DNA from: Camelus dromedarius
Taxonomy: Eukaryota
Direction: 5' to 3'
Length of the DNA stretch: 64,000 nt
Assembly: GCF_036321535.1 (NCBI RefSeq)
Contig: NC_087437.1
Location: 14,386,001-14,450,000, forward strand
Of this stretch, positions 1 to 11,008 are shown one piece after another. The notes below the pieces were generated by a model, which saw only the letters and a list, made by a program, of their open reading frames with translations, did no database searches and was not told the DNA's origin. Made by a program: the position numbers and the translations under genes. Position 1 is the stretch's first letter, and every line of letters begins with the position of its first letter.

Positions 1-1224
1 GCATCACCGCTGCAGGCAGATGTACGCTCTCTGCCGCCGCCTGTCTGTCTGCGGTTCCCTTCCTGTCCTCTGTTTCACAGTTGGGCGGGGCACTGAATGT
101 TGTGGCAACTCTCTTGTACCTACCAGCCCTCTTCCCCAGGGTGAAAGAGATGGGAGAAGAAGGCTTCTGAGGGAGAGAGCCTAATAAGACGAGACCAAGG
201 GTTGCGGAGGCCAAAGCCCCGTTCCCCAGCTCGGCTCCAGACCTCCCTGCTGACCGAGTTTTGCTTCTTTGGGTGTTATAGTCAGAGGCCACATTTTGAG
301 ACTGGAAAACTTTGTTACTTATTGAAATTTTTTTCCCCTCAATTACATGTTTGTCTCCAGGGTTAGACAATAGGTCTGTCTGCGCATGGACTCTGCCAGG
401 AGCTTCTCCTTCGTCCTTTATATTGTCTGCGATGGAGGGGACACGTGGCAAGGGCTCAGAATATGCGGGTTTCATTGCACTGATAGTTTCTCTTGGTAGC
501 CTTTCTTACTTATTCCTTTACCTTCATTTACTTACCATTCTTATATTTTTGTCCAGTGACCGCTTGCTTGGTTCTCCCTGGAGTAGCATTTATTTTTCCA
601 GGTCGATCCAAATTCTGCATGTCTCTAAAGCTGTCTGTAGTAGGATTGATTTGGCCATATGTGACTTTATCTGTTGAGCTGAATCTTACCTTTTCCTCTT
701 GTGTGATCCTACAAAGAACCTGCAATATCAGGAATGTTGAGTCCCACTTTTGACTTAAGGGGCTTCCTTAACTACCAGGAGTTGGATGGCGCCCGAGTTC
801 TTTTCCATCAGGTCGCGCTTAAATTGGCTGTGTGGTGACAGAGGAGTCTGTTCACCTCTGTGTAGTGTCCTTTCATAATTGAGAGTTGTCCCAGCTCCTC
901 TTACTCATATCACTTATTGTTACTTTTGTTTTCATTAAAATTGTTCTATTCCTTTGTCCTACTTGTTTAGTGTAATTTTTTCTTGCTAGCCAGAACCATT
1001 TCTTTGAAGGACAGGGACAGGACCTAATTCTCATGTATCCTTGGCTACCCTTTTTCTCCCTATAGACCAAGCATTAGACTTCATTCAAATTAGGTAATCC
1101 ATAAATGTTTTAACCTAATTAAACCCATGCATTTATAGAATACAACAGGAAGAAATGCCTTTAATACATTAACGTCTAAGCACACCTTAGAGGTCATCTG
1201 GTCCACCTCATTCTTTGATCATTT

Positions 1225-1560
1225 CATTGGCTCAGTTGTTTCTTCATTCATCCCTCCCTCCTTCCCTTGATTTTGTGCCAGGCACTGTGTAAGGAGCAGA
1301 GGCTCTGAGGTGGGTATAGACGTGGAGATCCATCAAACGGAGAGCCTAGACAGTGAGCAGGTAGTTAAGTCTGAAAGCGTAAGTGCTGAGAACTGCAGAA
1401 GCCCACCATGCGGAACTACCTTAGGGTCCGAGGAGGCTTTTGTGAGGTTGTGATGTTTAAGCGGAGGATTATCAACCCAGAGAAGGGAAGTGACTTTCCC
1501 AGGGCCAGTCAGTAGCTCCTGTGTAGCAGAGCTTGGCCTGTGCCCCAGATTCATTCCTTG
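1225..1560 (-). mobile_element. Degraded L2 3' end followed by a MIR fragment
   Basis: 'ttcattcatcc...tgtgccaggcactgtg' resembles the reverse-complemented L2 tail. 'cccagagaagggaagtgactttcccagggcca' resembles the MIR core. Confidence 0.55.
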
Positions 1561-1581
1561 GCCTGTGCCCTGGGTTCATTC
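1532..1581. repeat. 25-bp tandem duplication, 2 copies
   Basis: cttggcctgtgccccagattcattc / cttggcctgtgccctgggttcattc, 3 mismatches. Confidence 0.9.
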
Positions 1582-1902
1582 CTCTGAATTTCATGAGAAT
1601 GCTATGAAAACTCTCATTGTTAAAGTACTTTGATCTTGTGAATTTTATTGTGTCACACTGCTTAGATATTATATGAGTAGCTTACTTTTGATAATGAGGA
1701 AACCTTATGTATTTTTTCCTTCCTTGCCACCTGCGAAGCAATGTGTGTTTTAATACCTTCCCTCCCTCTGGAGGGGTTATTGGTTCCCCTTCTATTACCT
1801 TCTCTCAGCCCTGCGATAGTTTATGTTCTTCATAAGTTTTAAGTTTTTTTTTTTTTTCAATTTCCTCTAACCCATTAGGGGATTTTAAACTTTGTCCTAC
1901 AG

Positions 1903-1954
1903 AGTGGTAAAAATTAAAGACTCAGGAATTACAGAAATTGAGAGTGGCCAAAAG
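1903..1954 (+). other. Candidate 52-nt internal exon
   Basis: Acceptor 'aactttgtcctacAG' and consensus donor 'AAG|GTAAGT'. One frame is open (VVKIKDSGITEIESGQK); I do not recognise the peptide. Confidence 0.35.
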
Positions 1955-2245
1955 GTAAGTGGTAATAAATAAGAATTTTAATAAAAATTTAAAAATTTCA
2001 GAATAAACTACAGAGGCTTTCTGAGATGAGCCGCAAAGGTAAATTCTAGAGAGATATCTTTTTGCTCCTTTTTCCTAATTCTTCAAACCTGATTACATAT
2101 GTGGGTTTGGCCAGAGATGCCAACTGGTGAAAATTAAAGAGAACTCTTTACAGCTTTACTCACACATGTTTTTCATGGAGTATGCGTGGGAAGAGGAGCA
2201 GGGCAGTGGGGGGTGGAGTCCTCAAGAAGGAAGATACTGGAAGGG

Positions 2246-2516
2246 AGTCTTCTTAACTTGTAGATGTAGTGGGTATGCTGCATCGTGCCTGTACAAATAG
2301 TCCGATGGTAAATATTTTATTATTCTATGTTAATTTGCGGAAAAACAAATACAAAAAATATGACTTGCACAAGATTGTACATCTGGTTAATGAAGTGTTG
2401 AACTGTGTGAAATTGTCTGCAAAATGTTTGCATTTAAGGGTATTTTTTTGGTTCGTTGTAGTTTCATCAGATTCTCAAACAGGGTCCTCGTCACCGAAAT
2501 ATTAAGAATAATGGTA
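2246..2516. mobile_element. Degraded hAT-Charlie-type DNA transposon (MER103-like)
   Basis: The end 'tttcatcagattctcaaacagggtcc...aagaataatg' resembles Charlie-family termini. Confidence 0.45.
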
Positions 2517-2599
2517 CTAGAAGAAAATATTGATTTTAAAAGTTTGGAGTGACAGAATCTTTCCATGTGTGTCATGAAAATCAGAAATTGTTAAAAAAT

Positions 2600-2840
2600 T
2601 GTTCTTTTATAGTATGATAAAAGCTTATATATGATGAAAATCACTGTAAGTAAGATTTGAAGAGGTGACTAACTGAAAAATGTTTAGAGTGTGTTTATTG
2701 TTAATATCTCTAACATGCAAATAGAAACATTTTGGCAGTGGTTAGAAAGTTCACCTTAATGGTGTTGGCAAGAGCGAAGACCTCTGGACTACTATGATTG
2801 ATTGGATTTTTATTGTTATAATAACCTTTTTGGAGGGCAG
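2600..2840 (+). mobile_element. Ancient L1ME-like fragment, apparently continuing at ~4436-4670
   Basis: 'aacctttttggagggcagttt' resembles old L1 ORF2-end sequence. 4436-4670 resembles an L1ME 3' end. Confidence 0.5.
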
Positions 2841-3395
2841 TTTATTTTTTTAAATTTTTTTGTTGAAGTATAGATGATTTACAATGTTGCATTAATTTCT
2901 CATGTACAGCATAGTGACTCAGTTATACATATATATATATTCCTTTTCATATTTTTTTCATTATAGTATAAGGTATTGAATGTGTTTCCCTGTGCTATAC
3001 AGTAAGAAGGACCTTGTTGTTTATCTATTTTATACATAGTAGTTAGTATCTGCAAATCCCAAACTCCAATTTATCCCTACCCACCTCCTTTCCCCCTTGG
3101 TAACCATAAGTTTGTTTCCTTTGTCTGTTAGTCTGTCTCTGTTTTGTAAATAAGTTCACTTGTTTCCTTTTTTTTTAAATTCCACATATAAGTGATATCA
3201 TATGGCATTTTTCTTTCTCTTTCTGGTTTACTTCACTTAGTATGACTATCTCCAGACCCATCCATATTTCTGCAAATGGCATTATTACATTCTTTTCTAT
3301 GGCTGCATAGTATTCCATTGTAGAAATATACCACAATGTCTATACCCATTCATCTGTCGATGGACATTTAGGTTGTTTCCATATCTTGGCTATTG
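2841..3395 (-). mobile_element. 5'-truncated L1 3' end, younger lineage
   Basis: T-rich tail, then L1 3'UTR ('ccctgtgctatacagta', 'atctgcaaatcccaaactcc', 'ccattcatctgtcgatggacatttaggttgtttcc'). Similar to the copies at 30017 and 37232. Confidence 0.9.
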
Positions 3396-4433
3396 AACAG
3401 GGAAGATGTTTCCAAATGTATATCCAATAAGGAGTTTATACTATCAAAATATACAAAGAACTCATACAACTCAACATAAACAACCCTATTAAAATACAGG
3501 CAGAGACCTGAATAGCCATTTTTCAAAAAAAGACATACAGATGGCCAACAGACCCATGAAAAGATGTTCAACATCACTAATCAGTGAGAGAAATGCAAGT
3601 CAGAACCGCAAAACCTCACATCTGTCAGAATGACTGTCATTCAAAAGACAAGGGTATGTTGGCAAGGATGTGGAGAAAAGGGAACCCTTATGCATTGTTG
3701 GTGGGAATGTAAATTGGTGCAGCCACTATGGAAAACAGTATGCAGGTTTCTCAAAGAACTAGAAATAGATCTACCATATAATCCAGCAATTCCATTCCTG
3801 GGTGTGTATCTGAGGATATCACAAACAGTAATTAAAAAAGATACATGCATCCCAGTGTTATAGCAGCATTATTTACAATAGCCAAGACATGGAAACATCT
3901 GAAGTACCCATCAGCAGATGAATGGATAAAGATAGATGTTTGTGCATGTGTGTATATATGTACGAATATTACTAAGCCATAAAAAAGAATGGAATTTTTT
4001 TCATTTGCCGTAAGATGGATTATGCTAAGAGAATATTACGCTAAGTGAAATAAGTAAGAGAAAGATAAATACCAGTTGGTTTTACTTATATATGAAGTCT
4101 AGAAAACAAAACAATGAACAAAAATAACAAAACAAAAACAGTCATAGATACAGAGAATTAACCTTCTAGTTGCCAGATGGGAGGTAGGTGGGGTGATGAA
4201 TGAAATAGGTGAGGGAGATTAAGAGGTACAAACTTCCAGTTATAAAATAAATGAGTCGGGGATGAAATGTACAGCATGGGGAATATAGTCAATAAAATTG
4301 TAACTTTGTATAGTGACAGAGGGTAACTTGCCTTATTGTGGAGATCATTTTTAATGTATAGAAGCATCAAATAACTGTATTCTAACATAACTAACATTAG
4401 TGTAATATATAAATTATGCTTCAATTTTAAAAA
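3396..4433 (+). mobile_element. 5'-truncated L1 (ORF2 C-terminus plus 3'UTR), L1MA-like
   Basis: ORF 3630-3863 '[25 protein letters not shown]...[13 protein letters not shown]' is the L1 ORF2 cysteine-rich C-terminus. The 3'UTR ends 'cttcaattttaaaaa'. Confidence 0.92.
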
Positions 4434-5739
4434 TGTTTGTTTTTATGGAGAGATATCCATGACAGATTAGTAAGTTGAAATAATTATGATCACAGAAAAA
4501 CTTAAATAATGTGAATCCATTTATATAAAATTGTTTGTATATAAGTGTGTGAACACAGGAATATTTGATAAAAATCTTAGCAGTGTTTTTTTCAAGTGAT
4601 TTTTGTTTTTGTTTTGGTATCTTGCTGTATAATTTAAATGCTTGTACAATGAGCATACCTCATTAAAACTCCTAACTATTTAAAACCCGCTTGGCCCGAC
4701 TGATCAAGTGTCTAAATAAGGTAGCACATTAAGTCGGTGGAAAGGACTGGGCATTGTTTTTACAGGACATCAGTTTAGTTCACCTGTATGTATACCATGA
4801 CATGAGGTGATGGGGATACAGATGAGTGTCTTTGTTGCTTAGGAGCTTGAAGTCTATAATAATTCCAAAGTGGTATGTTACCAAGTAAGTGTGCAGTTCT
4901 CTGGCATGGAGTATGTACATACCTGTCTAAGGGAGATTTTCTGATTGCATGCGTCTGTACTCAAATTTGTCATTTACCCAAATTTGAAGGGAAAATCAAT
5001 GAGTGCTTCACTTTGAAGGAGGAATTTTGGCACAATTTTATGGACTTCCTGAATCATTTAACTGAGTAATGCTAACAATTTGGCATTTATTTTTAAAAAG
5101 AACCAGTAATTTCTTTCATTAGCTATTCATTAGGTATCCTAAACACCTGCAATTTAAATCTGGTAGCATGGACCCTGAGTCTTCTCCATGGCAGTGCTGA
5201 GGAATCAGAATGCATTTTCTAGGAGAAAAAGTCATTATTAGCTTTGCAAATAAAACTAGTGCTTAGTCATTCCTTAATCCAGTTTTTCTTTTTCTGACGT
5301 GGATGTTTCCCTCTAGCATCATATTATGTTTTGACATTGGAAAATCATAACCTCTTGACCCAAGGCACAAACAGTAGCCATGAAACCTTTTTAGAGTTTT
5401 TGATGATTTTATTAATTCCCTATTAGCATTTCATTATTTAAAATTGTCTTTATTTTCTGTAGCCTTAGAGAATAAAAACTTCTGTCTGCAGGCAATGGAC
5501 ATTCTTTTGGGCCAGAGGCTAGGAGCCCGTGGTGTAAAGAATCATGTTTGACAAGGAAGTTAGTTAGTGAGCCTACGTCTTTAGCGTACCCTGCCAATCT
5601 CCTCTATTTCTTTTATGAGAACTTGTGCTAGGGGGAATCTTTGGAAACGTATTCTAACTCAGGACACGTATACCACCTTAGAAACTGGAAGCAAGTCTCA
5701 TATAAAACTTATTTTCACAGAATTAAATTTGTTTCAGTC

Positions 5740-6830
5740 TGAAATCTGGCTCCATTGTTTAATGCCAGTTCATTTCTATAGACATTTATTAAGCCCTGTG
5801 GATTCAGGGAAGAATGGCAGAAGACAGGTGGGAGACAACACTTTGGAGGTCTTCAGTCCGTCCCCTGGGGCATGCAAAGGGCTCACTGGAGATCGTGGAT
5901 TTAGAGTGAGAGCATTTAACAGAATTCTGTGTCTTTTCTCTCAGGGCCTGTGTGTGAACGGGTGGGGTGAGGAAGTCGAACAGGGTGTGGTTTTGCCAAG
6001 TGAGTAGGTCCCTCTGAGAGCGGGAGGGATCTCACTCAGGTGGAGAGTGGACGTGACAATTGGATGTGGAGTTTAAACTGGTGAAAGGGTGAGGCCAGAT
6101 GGGAGTTGAAGGAAAGTGAAAGTGGCAGGATCAGCAGCTCCACTGAAGCTGGGGAACCAGAGGTGAGAAACTGGTGAGACGGTGGTGGTGGAGAGGAACA
6201 TGGAGGGATTTCAGGTAAGACCTGTGTGTGTTCTAGGAGTTTGGGTGGAGAACAGGGACTGGAAGGATCGTCTGCGTGGATATTGAATTACCTAGAAGCA
6301 TGGCCACAGTAGTGATGGAGAAGGACAGGGAGCCAGGAAACTGGATCTTCCTGGAATGAGGGAGTAGGTAGTATAGTCTGAATTTGTGTGACGTAAAAGT
6401 CAGAATTGTTACGGGAGAGGAAAGGAGAGACGACTGTCTAGCTGTGGTACAGAGAAGCAATAAGGACACCTGCCTCACCTCTAATGAAAATTGTCACCAT
6501 TTGCGAGACCTGGGGGTAGGGGAGTAGCATTCTCAGGGATGGCCAAGTAGGAAGATGGAGCATTCAGAGAGGAGGGGAATCTTCCTGACGACTGCCTGTG
6601 AGTCCCACAGAGCACAGGAGAAGGGCTTCAGATACTGGGAGAAAGGGGGTGAGAAATAGGTTCAGGAAAAGGAATGAAAGAGGCCACATGGGTATAAAAA
6701 TTGGAGGAATAAGAAGTACCCGGGCTGCTCACTGTATCTGTTGTCAACAGGGATAAAAGGTGTGATGAAATTAGTCCTGATGTTCCCAAGACTATGAGTA
6801 TGGGAGTGGGATGGGAGGCAGGCAGTGTGG
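5740..6830 (-). mobile_element. Degraded L2 fragments
   Basis: 'catttattaagccctgtg' L2-tail-like start, followed by long purine-rich L2-like sequence. Confidence 0.45.
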
Positions 6831-8803
6831 GTATTAGAGCATCCAGGGGTCTGGGTCTCCAGACAGTCTTACACCAAGCACACGGGGCCCCCATGTAACT
6901 CCAGCCAGAGGAGGGACGATCTTAATTCTACGCACTCGGCTCATCCTTACCCCCACCCAGGAAAGTGTAAAGAGCAGTGGAGTGTCAAGGAAGACTCTTC
7001 TGCTTTATTCAACTTTGTGAATCACGTCGCATATTTTATCACATACACAGCATCCCTTTGTCGTATATTTCTGCTAATTATTTGATGCCTGATGAAGAGC
7101 CCTCCTTCATTTCTTTTTTCTTTCCTTCCTGCTTACCTATCTGTACTGCTTGTGTCGGGACAGATGAAAGCTATAATGTATGCTAATGAGAGGGTAGAAC
7201 ATTGCGGTGTACCCTATATGGCTCTGCTCAGTGAAGATGCTGTCTGTGAGAAAGCATTTGGTTTAAAACCAGGGATCACCTCTGCCAACCTAAGAGGCAT
7301 CGACTCTATCTTCTGGGCAATCCAAAAGGGATTCCATAGTACAAAGCAAAAGAAACTAAATGTACGAACTGACCTTTAAGAGATCTATTTGGGGTAAATT
7401 AATTTGTGTTTAACTCTTTGTGAGCACTGGATTTAAAATTCAAAGTGTACTCCTTGATAAGTCCTGACTGTCTCCTTGTGGACAGATGCTAATATCTTAA
7501 TTCTCTGTATCAGTGTGTTGGTTCCTAAATACACTCTTGTAAATAGATCCAAGAGATTTGTCAAAAGGACCTAATTTCAATTCTAACTCCTCTTTTTGGA
7601 ATCCTACCTTTACAAGGATATCACACAGAAATGACATTTCATGAAACATTTGAGTTGTTTTAACATTTCACTTTTAAAGGTCTACTTTGTGTGTAAGGGG
7701 GCTTCTCAGAAGTGAATCATAATTTTCAAAACAAAAGGAGGGAACAAATATGAATATAAAGGTTGGTTAGAGAAGGAAACCCATTTTTCTTATGGAAAAT
7801 TACCTCATGTGGTAGAGGTTTCAGAGATGAACTGAAGCAGAAGATGGAACTGATGAAATTATGGTTTTAAAGGTACCCCTTCCCTCTTTACAGAGAAATC
7901 TATTCTATAGATCACTTACGTGATTCATAAGTAATAAACACAACCAGAGTTGATGTACTGGCACTTTTTTTTTTCCAACTTTGTATTCACACTTTCTCAC
8001 ATCTGCAGTATAGTCATGATCATAGTTCAGTCCCTGCAATGTTCTGAAAGTCCTGAGATAGCAAAGTTAAATCAGATCCTTGCCAGGCTTGTAAACTTTT
8101 AGAAGGCAGGACCAGGCTTTTTATGTCTTACAGGGTGACTTTTCAGAAATGATCTCACCCTTTGGGATGTCCTAGATGCCAAAACCACAATGATGTGATC
8201 CTTGAATGATTGTAAATGTATTCAGTATATATTGGTTGAATGAATTAAATTATGGCCAGTGTATTATTTAGTACTGTGTATTCTTTATTAATTCTGTGGG
8301 TGCTAGCAATCCAGATGCTTGAGTGTGTGTAAAGAAATGTACAGATATACACACATACAGCTATACACACACATGCAGACATGATACAGGAGATACTTGG
8401 ATATACAGAGAGACACCTTGACTCTTAGCTAACATAATTTTCAATTAGTCAGAATGTTGCATTTCCAAGCTAGGTAGGTCCAATAAGTTTACTGTAAATG
8501 TAGTTGTATTTTGCCGGATTTTTAATCTTTTGCCTCATGGAGGAAACAACAAGGTTTAGGAAACGGTGTCTTAGGAAATCAAAATCAAAATAGCCCAGGG
8601 AAGGGGAATGTGGCATCTTGTTGTCTCCTGTAGCTTAAGCCTAATCTCTCTACTTCTGACCTAGTTTTGAAATTTTTAAGATCTAGTTTGTAGAGAAGAG
8701 ACCCCCTTTTTTTTCATGCTCCAGAAACGAGTCATTCTTTCTGAAAAAAAATGAAAGGACCTCAACATAGGGTCATATTCCTTAATTAAGAGCTTCTGTG
8801 ATG

Positions 8804-9992
8804 CGAGAGGAGATCAAGGTGGTCGGGTAGGAGGACATGGAACTCACCTCTTCCCCTACAAACACATCAAAAAATACATTTACAAATGGTGTAATTCTCA
8901 CTGAAAACTAACAGGAAACTGACAGAAAGACTCCTGCACAACCAAGGCTGTAAGAAAGATCCACATGGAATTGGGTAGGATGGGAAGAGAAGTGATCAGG
9001 TTGGGACCTGTGCCCCAGGGAGGAGACTCAGAGGGAAAGAGAGATTATAAGGATAGAGAGTCCCCTTGGGGACTGAGCAAGTTGAGCCACATGCTGGACG
9101 CCCTAGTCCAGGAGTCTGTCACAGAGAGGACAAACCCCCTTTATTGGTTGGAGGGACAATGGGTCTAACAGGAAGGCTGTGGGAAGCCTGAACTGCACTC
9201 CAAGGAGCATGCACCCACTTGCTTGCTCCCAAGTCAGGGCAGAGAGGGCGGATTGCACAGGTGGCTGCCTGGTTCCCTGCAACTGCCCCAGTGCATGCCC
9301 CAGTCTGAGCTGATCAAACGCTTCAACACCACTTACTTCACACCACAGCTCCACATTGGAGTGAGGGCTGCCATGGCCAAGGAAGGAGCTTGAATGTCAG
9401 ACACAGAGGTGACTCAGGTCCGAAGCAGCATCTGAGCAGGGCAGGGACAGCCTGGAACTGGTGCTTGCACAAGCAGTGCAGTGAAAGGGGCCCTGAACTC
9501 TGTCTGCTGCTGGACCCCCACAGCCTGTTCCCCATCACATGCTGAGAACTGTCACATGCTGAGAGCCTGTGTGGCCCTTCCTGCTCCAACACTGCACCCC
9601 TCTGGGGCACAGGTGCTATTGCTGGGAGGTGGGAGAGTTCACAGTTAAAGGGAACAGAGCCAGTTCAGACCCAACCCTCAGGGCTTCCACACCATCAACT
9701 TGGGCTTGCTCCTGCTCCTGACAGGACAGTGATGGCCACTGCAGAGAGGAAGCCCAAGCTCACACACCTGGTGCTGGTCCTAGCCCCTCCTTCTCCAACC
9801 CCCTCTCCTACCTAGGTGATAGCTGCCAGCACACCCTGAGGAAGGACATGATTTATGTTCACGTCAAATCCAGCCTTCCCACCAAAGCCACTAGGCAGAC
9901 TGTATAGGGATGTTCTCACATAAGGACAGCTCTTCAAGACTTCAGTAGGTAACTGTTTCACCTGATTTCATAGAGACAGAGGGTTAAGCAAA
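8804..9992 (+). promoter_or_regulatory. L1 5'UTR / internal promoter relic
   Basis: Begins 'gaggagatcaaggtggtcgggtaggagg', a decayed form of the L1 5' YY1 motif AAGATGGCG. GC-rich but CpG-decayed. Confidence 0.7.
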
Positions 9993-11008
9993 ATGAGAAA
10001 GAGGAATTGGTCTCAATCAAAAGAGCAAGTGAGAACTCCTTAAAAAAAATGAAACAACCTAAACATTTCTCCAATGAAAACATATAAATGGCCAACAGGC
10101 ACATGAAAAAATGCTCCATATCATTAATTATTAGAGAAATGCAAATCAAAACTACAGTGGAGTATCACCTCACACCAGTCAGAATGGCCATCACTAAAAA
10201 GTCCACAAATGATAAATGCTGGAGAGCGTGTGGAGAAAAGGGAACCCTCCTACACTATTGGTGGAAATGTAGTTTGATGTGGCTGTTATGGAAAACAGTA
10301 TGGATATTTCTTAAATAACTGAAAATAGATTTACCTATGATCCAGCAATCCCATTTCTGGGCATATATCTGGAGGAAACTCTAATGTGAAAAGATACATA
10401 CTCTCCAGTGTTCATAGCAGACTATTATTTAGATTGAAGGAGAGAGAAAGAACTCAGACAAGCAAAGACTAAAAAAGTTAACCAATACTAAACCTACCCT
10501 AAAGTAAATGTTAAAAAGTCTTCTTTAAGTGGAAAAGAAAAGGCTGTAACAAGAAGTAAGAATCTATAGGAAAGGAAAAACCCTACTTGTAAAGACAAAT
10601 ATATAGTAAAGATTGGAGACCAGTCACTTAAATAAGCTAGTTTAAAAGTTAAAAGAAAAAAATTATAAAAGCAACTCTAGCTATAATGAGCAGTGAAAGG
10701 ATAGACATAAAGATGTAAAATATGACATCAAAACGAAAATGTCAAGAGGGGAGTGAAAAATGTAAATATTTTAGAATGTGTTTGAGCTTAAATGACTACC
10801 AGTTTAAAATAAGTAGACAGTTTTAGGTCAATATATATGAACTCCATGGTAACCACAAATCAAAAATCTGGAATAGATAACATGAAAACTAGAGAGAAAG
10901 GAAAATAAGCATACCACTAATGAAAACCATCCAACCACAAGGGAAGGAACTAAAAGAAGAGTGAAAAAAATCACAGAACTGTAAAACAACCAGAAAACAA
11001 GTAATAAA

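Noticed and set aside
3340..3450. Twin-priming 5' inversion of a single L1
   Set aside because: Both arms carry their own 3'UTR and tail, and they appear to be different subfamilies
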